A stretch of 64,000 nt of DNA from a virus: positions 1-64,000 of the IMG/VR virus record IMGVR_UViG_3300020733_000013; one strand, written 5' to 3'. This document shows, piece after piece, positions 1-9,297 of the stretch. Under the pieces are notes generated by a model. It was not told where the DNA came from. It worked only from the letters and a program-made list of their open reading frames with translations, and ran no database searches. Made by a program: the position numbers and the translations under genes. The stretch's first letter is position 1. Each line of letters begins with the position of its first letter.

Positions 1-234
1 ACCTATTGGACTGAACATTACTACGGAAGCAAACGCAACATTACCACTATCAGTTGGAAGGGTAAGGGTGAAGTTGACACTAATGAAATTCGTAAATGGT
101 GTAAGAAGACATTTGGTAAGAGTGGCTACCGTGAAGATATTGAAGATAGTTACTGGGTAGATAATACAGAAGTTGGCGAAATCATGTTGTGCAAAGATGA
201 GTTTCTTACTATGTTTCTATTGAGGTGGACATGA
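1..234 (+). CDS. Partial small phage protein, 'WC...F.L.W' family
   Basis: Frame 1 is open from the window edge: ...EIRKWCKKTFG...EFLTMFLLRWT*. Its TGA overlaps the next ATG (ATGA). Confidence 0.75.
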   Translation, partial: TYWTEHYYGSKRNITTISWKGKGEVDTNEIRKWCKKTFGKSGYREDIEDSYWVDNTEVGEIMLCKDEFLTMFLLRWT

Positions 235-617
235 CAACATTACATGATCCTAATATAGCCAGTAATGTGACGGCTACGGCGCAGAAGATTCTCATGCCCA
301 TGATTAAACACCTTACACCTACATTACTGGCACATGGTATATTGGGTGTACAACCTATGACAGGGTCGGTGGGGCAAATCTTTACTATGCGGCACAGCTA
401 TACACCACAGTCCAAATACAAGTTCAGCCGTGCTAAGTGGTACGAAGCAGACCATCGCTACGAAGACTACGAGGAAGTTATAGCATGGTGTACTGAACAT
501 TTTGGCCCACGTCCTCGATATCCTGATGCTTGGACACGATGGGCTGATATTCACATTGATAAAATTCGATTCCGTGACGAAAAAGATTATGCTTGGTTTG
601 TATTACGCTGGTCATGA
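231..617 (+). CDS. Fusion of a major-capsid (gp23)-like peptide and a 'WC' family domain
   Basis: N-half ILMPMIKHLTPTLLAHGILGVQPMTGSVGQIFTMR resembles the conserved gp23 GVQPM segment. C-half has AWCTEHFG...FRDEKDYAWFVLRW. Confidence 0.7.
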   Translation: MTTLHDPNIASNVTATAQKILMPMIKHLTPTLLAHGILGVQPMTGSVGQIFTMRHSYTPQSKYKFSRAKWYEADHRYEDYEEVIAWCTEHFGPRPRYPDAWTRWADIHIDKIRFRDEKDYAWFVLRWS

Positions 618-889
618 AATATAATCTCAATAGAAGTATAGGCTGGAACTTAGATATGACCAACATGATAGTAACACAACGAATTTATAATGGCGCTGAT
701 TGTTATAATTGGACTGAATATTTTGCTATCATTCCTAGACGAACCGTATCAGGTAAACTAGTATTCTGGCAAAAAGCATATAAGCGTAGATACTGGGCGG
801 TGTGGGGTACTGGGTTTCATATGGAACCTGAAGTTGAATACGGGGATTTATTTGACGTATTGTTATATCCTTGTGTCAACGTTCTGTAA
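614..889 (+). CDS. Hypothetical phage protein
   Basis: ATGA coupling with the upstream gene; Trp-rich motif WTEYFAIIPRRTVSG. Confidence 0.65.
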   Translation: MKYNLNRSIGWNLDMTNMIVTQRIYNGADCYNWTEYFAIIPRRTVSGKLVFWQKAYKRRYWAVWGTGFHMEPEVEYGDLFDVLLYPCVNVL

Positions 890-921
890 GGTTTGTGCGT
901 TATTAGTATACAGGAGTAGAT

Positions 922-1116
922 ATGACTTATTCTGAATGCCACAATAACGCACACTGGACGACCAAAACAGTTGGTCCTTTTTTGAGAAAAATGCATGATA
1001 AAGTTGAAAAGTGGTGCGATATCTATTTGGGCAACAATAACTATTGTAGCGACGGATACCATTATTCTTTCAAACATAAAAAGCATGCGGAAATGTTTGC
1101 TTTAAGATGGCTATAA
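922..1116 (+). CDS. Small 'WC' family phage protein
   Basis: AGGAG RBS; KWCDIYLG...FKHKKHAEMFALRW. Confidence 0.75.
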   Translation: MTYSECHNNAHWTTKTVGPFLRKMHDKVEKWCDIYLGNNNYCSDGYHYSFKHKKHAEMFALRWL

Positions 1117-1334
1117 CAATTAAATTAGATGGTCCTTTATCTTCACAAGAAGAATTATGGCTCGCAAAAAACGTAGGACCTAGACTTCATTATATTCACA
1201 ACAGTGTTGGCGGAGAAGGTTGGATTGCCAAACGTCAACAATCTCAAAGTTACTCATATGAAAAACCTGAATGGGCATTGACATTGGAAGACGAACGTTT
1301 TGCAACTTTCTTTTTGTTGATGTTCCCGAAATGA
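1107..1334 (+). CDS. Small 'WC'-like family phage protein
   Basis: WLAKNVGP...LEDERFATFFLLMF. Confidence 0.7.
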   Translation: MAITIKLDGPLSSQEELWLAKNVGPRLHYIHNSVGGEGWIAKRQQSQSYSYEKPEWALTLEDERFATFFLLMFPK

Positions 1335-1549
1335 TAGAGGTTAAACTTATAGACAAGATGCCCAATGAAATTATGGACATCGTTAGAGAACTTAGACAAC
1401 AGGGGTATACTCAAGGTAATGATTTTGATTTTGCGTACAATAAACCCAGATATGATGACTTGAGCCATGATGCAGTGTATAATAGACATACTGTGTTCAC
1501 ATTTTATAAAGAAAAATTAGCAACATGGTTTAGTCTAAGGTATGAATAA
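1331..1549 (+). CDS. Small phage protein with the family C-terminal motif
   Basis: ATGA coupling; ends FTFYKEKLATWFSLRY. Confidence 0.7.
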   Translation: MIEVKLIDKMPNEIMDIVRELRQQGYTQGNDFDFAYNKPRYDDLSHDAVYNRHTVFTFYKEKLATWFSLRYE

Positions 1550-1830
1550 TGGCAATACAAAGTTTAGGAAGTAGCACAGGTACATTTGTACCATTGCAAC
1601 ATGTAACTCAACCTGATCGCACCTCTTACGAAACAACTAGTCGTGGTCGTATTACACATAAGATTGATTTGAATCATCAAAAGATTGATCCAAATGATTA
1701 TATCAAATGGTGTCGTAGAAATTTAGGTGAGCGTGGTGTAGCTTGGGACTTTTGGCTAGCTGGCAATGTGTTGTATATTGAAATCTGGGACGACAAAGCA
1801 AAGTTTATTTACGAAATGTGGAAGAATTAA
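1549..1830 (+). CDS. Small 'WC' family phage protein
   Basis: TAATG coupling; KWCRRNLG...IWDDKAKFIYEMW. Confidence 0.7.
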   Translation: MAIQSLGSSTGTFVPLQHVTQPDRTSYETTSRGRITHKIDLNHQKIDPNDYIKWCRRNLGERGVAWDFWLAGNVLYIEIWDDKAKFIYEMWKN

Positions 1831-1841
1831 GAGGGATACAG

Positions 1842-2390
1842 ATGGCAGCGGATATTATGATTGACATTGAGAGTTTGTCAACAGACCCTTACTGTGTTAT
1901 ACTTACAATTGGCGCAGTGCGCTTTGATCCAAAGGGCTCTGGCATCGCTGAGAGATTGGAACTCAGACCAACAATCGAAGAACAGACAGACATATACAAT
2001 AGAAAGATAAACGATGACACATTACGCTGGTGGAGTGAGCAATCACCCGCAGCCCAAGAAGAAGCATTGGGTGACAGAGATAGAATCTCTTTTAAAGAAT
2101 GCATGGAAAAACTTTACAAGTTTTGCTGGAATCGCCGTGCTGTGTGGAGTAACGGTGCTGCTTTTGACTGCGTGGTTATGGAAACAGCATGGAAACAACT
2201 TGACATGCAAATCCCCTGGCCTTTCTGGAGTGTGCGAGATACCCGTACTCTTTATGAAGTGGCAGGAGTCAGACTCAGTGATGGCGGGCATGTTACTTCT
2301 CACAAAGCAGTAGAAGATGCCGAACGACAAGCACTTGTAGTTCAACAAGCATATATGAAAATGATTAAAGCAGGATTAATGACACGATGA
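1842..2390 (+). CDS. DEDDh 3'-5' exonuclease (DexA/RNase AS-like)
   Basis: MIDIESL (ExoI), WSNGAAFD (ExoII), RDTRT, HKAVEDA (ExoIII). Confidence 0.85.
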   Translation: MAADIMIDIESLSTDPYCVILTIGAVRFDPKGSGIAERLELRPTIEEQTDIYNRKINDDTLRWWSEQSPAAQEEALGDRDRISFKECMEKLYKFCWNRRAVWSNGAAFDCVVMETAWKQLDMQIPWPFWSVRDTRTLYEVAGVRLSDGGHVTSHKAVEDAERQALVVQQAYMKMIKAGLMTR

Positions 2391-3178
2391 TTACATTACT
2401 AGGACACGGATATATTGGCGAACACATTGCAAAAGAGTTTGATGCTAGCGGTATCAACTTTAACTGGTTGCATCACACTGATACAATTCCAGAAGAAACA
2501 ACATTCATTGTTAATGCAACAGGATACACAGGTGTACCAAACGTTGATGCCTGTGAAAAAGAAAAACAACAAACTATCAACGGTAATGTTATCTTCCCAT
2601 TACAGTTAGAACAAAATAACATCAACACGCCTATACTACATATCTCAAGTGGATGCGTATATACCGGATATGAGAAAGAGTTCACAGAAAATGATGCTCC
2701 AAACTTTGACTTTAACAACGGTAGTTTTTATAGCGGTAGTAAAGCACTAGAGCAAAAACTACTTGAGCCATATATGCACAAGAGTTATTTGTTTAGAATT
2801 CGTATGCCTTTTGGTAACGAAAGTCATCCAAAGAACTTGTTTACTAAACTTGAAAAGTATGAAAGACTCATTGACTACCGTAATAGCATCAGTTACGTAC
2901 CTGATGTTGCTAAAGCAGTTCTCCACTTTATCTTGACCAGACCCGAGTGTGGAGTATATAATGTTTGTAATCCGGGTAGCGTCACAACTAAAGATATCAG
3001 TGATGCACTAGGATTGACTAAAGAATGGTTCACAGTGGATGAATTCAAAAACGCAGTAGTTGCACCAAGAAGCAATTGTGTATTGAATTCAGACAAACTA
3101 GAAAAAGTATTCCAAATGATTCCTGCAAAGATGGCAATGTTAATTGCAGTTAAAAAATACTATGAAGTTTCAGAGTGA
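2387..3178 (+). CDS. NDP-sugar epimerase/reductase (RmlD / NRS-ER-like SDR)
   Basis: LGHGYIG Rossmann motif, GxPNVDACE, SSGC, catalytic YSGSK, PRSNCVL. Confidence 0.85.
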   Translation: MITLLGHGYIGEHIAKEFDASGINFNWLHHTDTIPEETTFIVNATGYTGVPNVDACEKEKQQTINGNVIFPLQLEQNNINTPILHISSGCVYTGYEKEFTENDAPNFDFNNGSFYSGSKALEQKLLEPYMHKSYLFRIRMPFGNESHPKNLFTKLEKYERLIDYRNSISYVPDVAKAVLHFILTRPECGVYNVCNPGSVTTKDISDALGLTKEWFTVDEFKNAVVAPRSNCVLNSDKLEKVFQMIPAKMAMLIAVKKYYEVSE

Positions 3179-3752
3179 CGTAGATATTGACTTTGGTAAT
3201 AGAGATAAAGTACTTGAGCACATCGAGTATACCTCTGCTGCCATGCGTAAAGTCAATCCTATTCGTAAACACGCTACTGGCATTTATGTTACTGACGTAC
3301 CATATGATAGTATAAATGACATGGCTAACTTAGATTATCAGGAAGCTGAAAAGCGCGGGTATGTTAAGTTAGACTTTTTGAATGTCCATGTTTACAACAA
3401 GGTACGTGACGAACAACATCTACGTGAACTAATGCGAGAACCTGATTGGGAGAAACTAAAGGATCAAGTATTCGTTGATAAACTTGTTCACTTGAGTAAT
3501 CATTATGCTAGTATGAAACGTATGCCTGAACCTATTGATAGCATACCTAGATTAGCAATGTTCCTTGCTGTGATTCGACCAGCTAAAAAACATTTGATTG
3601 GCTTACCCTGGCGTGAAGTAGCAAAAACTGTATGGGATAAAACTGATGGATACAGTTTCAAAAAGAGTCATAGTATTGCCTACGCACAGTTGGTAGTAGT
3701 ACACATGAACTTGTTAGAAGAATTAGGGGATGCGTTTTACGAGAGTGATTGA
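3162..3752 (+). CDS. Minimal DNA polymerase III alpha (DnaE)-like catalytic fragment
   Basis: SDVDIDF, KHATGIY, GYVKLDFL, YSFKKSHSIAY, all C-family polymerase motifs, in only ~196 aa. Confidence 0.8.
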   Translation: MKFQSDVDIDFGNRDKVLEHIEYTSAAMRKVNPIRKHATGIYVTDVPYDSINDMANLDYQEAEKRGYVKLDFLNVHVYNKVRDEQHLRELMREPDWEKLKDQVFVDKLVHLSNHYASMKRMPEPIDSIPRLAMFLAVIRPAKKHLIGLPWREVAKTVWDKTDGYSFKKSHSIAYAQLVVVHMNLLEELGDAFYESD

Positions 3753-4100
3753 TTTACGTTTGCTTTTGCGTTTTCCTAGCTCTAACATACTACAAATAGG
3801 ACCGTGTACAATTGTTAGGCTTTTGTTATTGAACGTTCGTAAATAGGGTTTGAAGTCATTCCAATCATGCTTCAAGAACATATTAATGGGGATCAATCTA
3901 TTTGATTCCCACCACCATATCTCACCTAGTTCTAAAAACTTTTCACGCATGATCTGGTCAATAATCGAACCATAATCATATATAGTGGTAACAACATCAT
4001 CACGGTTTTGTACGATTCCTACATAGTCTTGACCTGCATAGGAGCAAACAGTGATGAATGGGTGATTTTCTGACAGTTTCTTAAAAAATTCGTTGTGCAT
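3723..4100 (-). CDS. Hypothetical phage protein
   Basis: 125-aa ORF preceded by a late-type GATAAATA on the minus strand (4121-4128). Confidence 0.7.
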   Translation of the reverse strand: MHNEFFKKLSENHPFITVCSYAGQDYVGIVQNRDDVVTTIYDYGSIIDQIMREKFLELGEIWWWESNRLIPINMFLKHDWNDFKPYLRTFNNKSLTIVHGPICSMLELGKRKSKRKSITLVKRIP

Positions 4101-4185
4101 CAAAATAATAGCTCTTGGTTTATTTATCTGGGCAATTTTACCATTATATTTAATTTCTTACTAAATACATTAAAGGAGCCAATCT

Positions 4186-4956
4186 GTGTACTCAACGAGT
4201 GTTTATTATTATATACCAAGACAGGAAGTTGTCTTGTACACCGGCACTTCACCTAGGAGCTATCAGACCGTGTATTCAAAGAACCTAAAACTACATAAGG
4301 GTGTAGACAACAGAATCCAATTTAGATTCATCAACCAAGAACAGAAGCCCGTAGACGTATCTAGTGCAGTCTCAGGTTCTAATCAGATTACATTCCGTCT
4401 TATGGACTATCAAGCAAATACTATCTTATTGGAAACTGCACTTACCTCAATAGGTTTGGACCTTACTGGTATATTAGAATTGCAACTGATGGAAGGGCAA
4501 TTAGCTGGGTTTGATTCACAAAAATGCTATTACTCACTAGAGATTCCTGTAGGCAGTTTCAACCAACCTGTATTCACCGACAGTAATTCAGGAGCACGTG
4601 GTATAATGGAAATATGTGATAGTGTCTTACCTGCACATATGCCAAGTACCACAATAACTATTCCTAGCTTACCTGTTCCAGTTAACGGTGTCACTACTTT
4701 CCAATCTAGCGTATACGACAACACATACAACCCATCACTAACACTACAAACATATTTCACTAACTTTGTTGGTAACGTAACTGTACAAGGTTCAACCAGT
4801 CAAGATGTTGATTTCTATGATATCAACACAGTACAGTATGGTTCTAGTACACCATTTACTGACACTGACTATTATGTGATTGATGGGTTTCATCCTTTCA
4901 TTCGTTTGAATGTAGTATCTACACAGGGCACATTGGATAACATAATTGCCAGATAA
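4186..4956 (+). CDS. Putative virion structural protein
   Basis: AAGGAG RBS, GTG start, upstream CTAAATA; beta-rich S/T/N composition. Confidence 0.55.
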   Translation: MYSTSVYYYIPRQEVVLYTGTSPRSYQTVYSKNLKLHKGVDNRIQFRFINQEQKPVDVSSAVSGSNQITFRLMDYQANTILLETALTSIGLDLTGILELQLMEGQLAGFDSQKCYYSLEIPVGSFNQPVFTDSNSGARGIMEICDSVLPAHMPSTTITIPSLPVPVNGVTTFQSSVYDNTYNPSLTLQTYFTNFVGNVTVQGSTSQDVDFYDINTVQYGSSTPFTDTDYYVIDGFHPFIRLNVVSTQGTLDNIIAR

Positions 4957-4957
4957 C

Positions 4958-4986
4958 TTGCTTTCTGATACATACTGTAATATAAT
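4958..4986 (+). promoter_or_regulatory. Sigma70-type promoter for primase-helicase
   Basis: TTGCTT-17 bp-TATAAT, 6 nt before the ATG (possibly leaderless). Confidence 0.7.
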
Positions 4987-4992
4987 TGTAGT

Positions 4993-5982
4993 ATGTTTGA
5001 TATCCTAAGCATCATACCCGGAAAAAAGAAAAAGACTTCAAGTGGTTGGACAAGTTTCAATGCCATCTGTTGTGGTCATCGCGGGCACAGAGCAGACCGT
5101 AGAAGTCGCGGTGGCTTAAAGTTTGATGGACAATATAAATGGGTCATGCATTGCTTCAATTGCGGCTTCAGTTGTAGTTTTCAATTAGGTAGACAAATAA
5201 ACTCAAAGACAAAAAACTTTTTGATTTGGTGTGGTATTGACGAGACACAAATACAAAAGTGGAGTTTAGAAAGTCTACAACACAAAGATTTATTAGATTT
5301 TACACAGCCCAAGAAACGTGAGAACATCAAGTTCAAAACTGATGAACTACCTGAAGGTAGCGAAAAGTTAGATAGCACAAAACTAACTCACAAAATCTAT
5401 TTGGATTATATTAGTAAGCGTGGGGTGGATATAAATAGTTACTCTTTTTACATAACGCCCAACGATACTACGATGAATGGGCGTAACAAGTATCGCATTA
5501 TAGTCCCATACACTTACAAAGGTAAGAACGTAGGACACACTAGCCGATACTTAGATAATAGAACTCCCAAATACATTAACCATCAACAACCGGGATATGT
5601 ATTCAACATAGACAAACAATCAGAAGATTGGCAAGTGTGTATAGTTACCGAAGGTATCTTTGATGCTCTTGCAATTGATGGTGTTGCAGTAATGCACGAT
5701 GATATCAGTTCAGAACAAGCTACATTATTGGCACAATTAAATAAACGAATCATTGTAGTTCCAGACCAAGATAAGACAGGACTAACAATGTGTGACCGTG
5801 CTTTAGAACTAGGATATAGCGTCAGCTTACCAAATTGGGAAGCAGGAGTTAAAGACGTAAACGATGCTGTAATCAAGTACGGCAAACTCCCCACTTTACT
5901 AAGTATCATTCAAAATGCTACAATGAGCAAAATAAAAGTAGAATTACAAAGGAAGAAAATTGGCAAAACAAACGGATTCTAA
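4993..5982 (+). CDS. DNA primase (gp61/DnaG-like, Zn finger + TOPRIM)
   Basis: HCFNCG Zn finger; TOPRIM motifs VTEGIFDAL, PDQDKTG, KDVND. Confidence 0.9.
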   Translation: MFDILSIIPGKKKKTSSGWTSFNAICCGHRGHRADRRSRGGLKFDGQYKWVMHCFNCGFSCSFQLGRQINSKTKNFLIWCGIDETQIQKWSLESLQHKDLLDFTQPKKRENIKFKTDELPEGSEKLDSTKLTHKIYLDYISKRGVDINSYSFYITPNDTTMNGRNKYRIIVPYTYKGKNVGHTSRYLDNRTPKYINHQQPGYVFNIDKQSEDWQVCIVTEGIFDALAIDGVAVMHDDISSEQATLLAQLNKRIIVVPDQDKTGLTMCDRALELGYSVSLPNWEAGVKDVNDAVIKYGKLPTLLSIIQNATMSKIKVELQRKKIGKTNGF

Positions 5983-7441
5983 GCATATTGATTATACACC
6001 AGAAGTACAGAAATTTTTTCTATCATTGATGTTGACCAACGCGGAATTATATACTCGTGTTATGAACATTATGAACAGTGAGAACTTTGACAAAAGTTTA
6101 AGACCTGTTGCAGAATTTTTCAAAGAACATACAGACAAATATAAGGTACTGCCTGAACCTGAACAGGTTAAAGCAATGACTGGTGTTGAAATTAAACCAA
6201 TTGAAAATGTCAATGAAGGCATACAAGAATGGTTTATGGATGCATTTGAGGCATTTACTAAGCGACAAGAATTAGAACGAGCAATTCTTAAAGCAGCCGA
6301 TTTGTTAGAGAAAGGTGACTTTGGTCCCGTTGAAAAACTAATCAAAGATGCAGTTCAAATCAGTTTACAAAAAGACATGGGTACAGATTATTTTCTTGAC
6401 CCTAAAGGTCGTATCAACAAATATTTTAATGCAGGTGGTCAGGTATCTACGGGCTGGCCTCAACTTGATAGATTGTTGTATGGTGGGTTCAGTCGTGGTG
6501 AACTAAACATATTTGCAGGTGGTAGTGGTTCAGGTAAATCATTGGTAATGATGAACTTGGCATTGAACTGGTTGTCAAAGGGTTTGAGTGGTGTTTATGT
6601 CTCACTTGAATTGAGTGAAGAATTAACCAGCTTGCGTACAGATGCTATGGCAACTAGCATGAGCACACGAGACATTCGCAAAGATATTGATACAACTGAA
6701 CTTAGAGTTAAGATGCTGGCTAAAAAGTCAGGCAACTATCAAGTCAAAGGATTACCTGCACAAAGTAACGTCAACGATATTCGTAGTTATTTAAAAGAAT
6801 ATCAGATACAGACAGGCAAGCGTGTTGACTTTGTTATGATTGACTATCTTGACTTGGTTATGCCGGTCAGTGTGAAAGTTAATCCTAACGATCAGTTTAT
6901 CAAAGACAAGTATGTTAGTGAGGAATTGCGTAACTTAGCAAAAGAGTTAGGGATTCTTATGGTAACTGCTAGTCAGTTGAATCGTACAGCGGTCGATGAG
7001 ATTGAGTTTGACCACAGTCACATTGCAGGTGGTATCAGTAAGATTAACACAGCAGATAATGTATTTGGTATCTTTACAAGTCGTAGTATGCGTGAGCGTG
7101 GTAAGTATCAGATTCAGTGTATGAAGTCACGTAGTAGTACAGGGGTTGGTCAAAAGATTGACTTGGAATACAATATCGAAACCATGCGAATTACTGATGA
7201 AGGCGGGGAAGATGGGGAAGGGGAAACTAGCTATAGACCTAATAATCCACAACCTAGTCCACACAATATTATGAGTCAATTAAAACCGCAAAGCACAGTT
7301 GTTCAGGAAAATGTAACAACTAACGATATTGTCCATCAGCAAATAGAACCAGCAGAAACATCTAGTGTTAAGAAATTAATGTCTAGTAGCGGAAACGCAA
7401 AATTAATGAGTCTACTTAATAAGCAGAAAAGCCAATTCTGA
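5960..7441 (+). CDS. DnaB-like replicative helicase (gp41-like)
   Basis: Walker A GGSGSGKS, SLELSEE, IDYLDL, TASQLNR, KSR. Confidence 0.92.
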   Translation: MAKQTDSKHIDYTPEVQKFFLSLMLTNAELYTRVMNIMNSENFDKSLRPVAEFFKEHTDKYKVLPEPEQVKAMTGVEIKPIENVNEGIQEWFMDAFEAFTKRQELERAILKAADLLEKGDFGPVEKLIKDAVQISLQKDMGTDYFLDPKGRINKYFNAGGQVSTGWPQLDRLLYGGFSRGELNIFAGGSGSGKSLVMMNLALNWLSKGLSGVYVSLELSEELTSLRTDAMATSMSTRDIRKDIDTTELRVKMLAKKSGNYQVKGLPAQSNVNDIRSYLKEYQIQTGKRVDFVMIDYLDLVMPVSVKVNPNDQFIKDKYVSEELRNLAKELGILMVTASQLNRTAVDEIEFDHSHIAGGISKINTADNVFGIFTSRSMRERGKYQIQCMKSRSSTGVGQKIDLEYNIETMRITDEGGEDGEGETSYRPNNPQPSPHNIMSQLKPQSTVVQENVTTNDIVHQQIEPAETSSVKKLMSSSGNAKLMSLLNKQKSQF

Positions 7442-7447
7442 TAAATA
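7439..7447 (+). promoter_or_regulatory. T4-late-like promoter (representative of a family)
   Basis: TGATAAATA. The same nATAAATA core lies upstream of genes at 8285, 8839, 9773, 11614, 12988, 21354, 28078, 30770, 31285, 34627, 42518, 43868, 47149, 52942, 58700 (+) and 4121, 24372 (-). The T4 late consensus is TATAAATA. Confidence 0.8.
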
Positions 7448-7466
7448 ATAATAGGAAATCTATTTT

Positions 7467-7712
7467 ATGCAAAAGAAAACTCGCAGCCTCTTAGAGGAAT
7501 TAGAAGCGATTGGACAAAATCGTGACACTAAGCACATTATTGAGAGCCGTGCAAATAACATCATTACCAGCGCTATTAATTTGTTGGAAATGATTAACAA
7601 GCATTATGACTCAGAGAAAGCTGCCATCCTAGAACGCAAATTATTAAATGCTATCAAAGCACGAGATACTAGTAGATTTTCAAACAGTGTGAGGAAAACT
7701 GATGAAAATTAA
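7467..7712 (+). CDS. Hypothetical late protein
   Basis: AGGA RBS, late promoter, 81 aa. Confidence 0.75.
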   Translation: MQKKTRSLLEELEAIGQNRDTKHIIESRANNIITSAINLLEMINKHYDSEKAAILERKLLNAIKARDTSRFSNSVRKTDEN

Positions 7713-8268
7713 AGAAGTTATTATTGCTGAGGGCATATTGAGTAGTCTTGCTCAAGCTGCTTTTAAAAACAAGGGCTCAGGTGGCTATGGATATCAAAGC
7801 ATGGGCCCTAGCGGCGACTATGCCTACAAACATTTTATGCAGGGTTTTACTAAAGAACTTACTAATTTAATTCAAAGTTCAGAAACATCAGGAATGCCAG
7901 TTAATTTTCCTGCATATATCAATGCATACTTGACAAAATATCATTGGCATGCATCACAACAACAGCAACAAATATTGTTTAATATTGGATCACAATTACA
8001 AGCCTCTAGCAATCCTGGTATTTCCAAACAGTTAATCAATAAATTAGGTGCAGCATTGTGGCAAGTTGGGCATGAACAAATGCGTGACCCAAGAACTGGC
8101 AAAGTAATCAACATAAATCAAACCGACAATAGCCAAAGTAATGTGAGTTCTAACGTAATGGGGAACATGGCAAATCAGTTGACTGCTACTCCCGCAGCTC
8201 CTGTGCCACCTACTACACCTCGTCAAAGTCTAGCACAAAAAATGGCTGCAAGACGTGGCCAGGCCTAA
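7702..8268 (+). CDS. Putative internal head protein
   Basis: N-terminus MKIKEVIIAE resembles a capsid-targeting/protease-site leader. Confidence 0.5.
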   Translation: MKIKEVIIAEGILSSLAQAAFKNKGSGGYGYQSMGPSGDYAYKHFMQGFTKELTNLIQSSETSGMPVNFPAYINAYLTKYHWHASQQQQQILFNIGSQLQASSNPGISKQLINKLGAALWQVGHEQMRDPRTGKVININQTDNSQSNVSSNVMGNMANQLTATPAAPVPPTTPRQSLAQKMAARRGQA

Positions 8269-8335
8269 CTTTTTTTGAGTTTGGCATAAATAAATGTATG
8301 AATCTATATGATTCAAACATTTAAAGGAAAACAAA

Positions 8336-8785
8336 ATGGCATATTTTACACGTACCCATGGTGATTCAAAACCAGTATTTCAATCAGATACACTAGATCC
8401 AACATACACAAGCCCAGCAGCTTCTGGTACTCCAGTTAACATCGCTGGTCCACACTTAGAGTTCTTCACTATTGACTTAGGCGCATCAGCAACAGGTCAA
8501 TTGGGAACAGGTGGTGCAGTTGAAGCAGCTATCAAAACTATCCAACAATTGGCAACAGTTTACATGTACCAACTAGACTCAGATAAACTATCTGTAGCTA
8601 TGTATCCAGTTGGTGCTTGGGGCACAGCAGCAGACGGTACAGCAGGTTACAACTTGACAGCAGCTATCACTGCTTTAGGTACAGTTAACGGCTACGACTT
8701 GTCTGGCGCAGCAGTTCTAGGTAAAGCATCATCAGCTACAGCTGGTGACGGTTCAAACAATGGTTTCAAATTGATCCAATCTTAA
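8336..8785 (+). CDS. Putative abundant virion protein (possible decoration protein)
   Basis: Has its own late promoter, RBS and terminator; strongly biased codons; A/G/T-rich. Confidence 0.55.
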   Translation: MAYFTRTHGDSKPVFQSDTLDPTYTSPAASGTPVNIAGPHLEFFTIDLGASATGQLGTGGAVEAAIKTIQQLATVYMYQLDSDKLSVAMYPVGAWGTAADGTAGYNLTAAITALGTVNGYDLSGAAVLGKASSATAGDGSNNGFKLIQS

Positions 8786-8807
8786 TCTAATCTTTAGATT
8801 AAAAACT

Positions 8808-8833
8808 AGCCCGAGATTTTCTCGGGCTTTTTT
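8808..8833 (+). terminator. Intrinsic terminator
   Basis: AGCCCGAG-atttt-CTCGGGCT followed by a T run. Confidence 0.85.
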
Positions 8834-8850
8834 ACCGCTATAAATACGTA

Positions 8851-9297
8851 ATGAGATTAAGATGCTACACCCTATTTGACATTACCCCAACTGGTGTAAC
8901 ACTAAGACGTAAACCATCATTGATTGATAATGAAAATGACTGGGAAAGACAACGTAGAACGCAATGTAACTATGATACATTGATTCAAGTTATATCACTA
9001 CGTAGTCTTCCTGAAGATATCAGTACAGTCAAGAAAACTGACACATTATTCAAAGATAGTAAATTTGGATTCTTGTTTGAAGACGAAGAAAATCAACAAT
9101 GTTGGACGTTTGATTTTACTGTAGCACAAAAAAGTGTATTCAATGATGGATACACTGAATTAGGAGCATTGTACTATGATTGTAGCGGTGTACCCATGTT
9201 GAAAACAGACTCAGCTTGGGACAAACTTCCGTTATTCTTAGACATTACACCTGAATTAAGGAATATATATTTTGAAATACTCAAAGAAGATGAGTGA
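8851..9297 (+). CDS. Hypothetical protein
   Basis: 148-aa ORF after TATAAATA. Confidence 0.7.
   Translation: MRLRCYTLFDITPTGVTLRRKPSLIDNENDWERQRRTQCNYDTLIQVISLRSLPEDISTVKKTDTLFKDSKFGFLFEDEENQQCWTFDFTVAQKSVFNDGYTELGALYYDCSGVPMLKTDSAWDKLPLFLDITPELRNIYFEILKEDE

Noticed and set aside
3162-3752. Split intein joining the DnaE fragments
   Set aside because: Neither fragment shows intein N-terminal (C/S block A) or C-terminal (HN) motifs.
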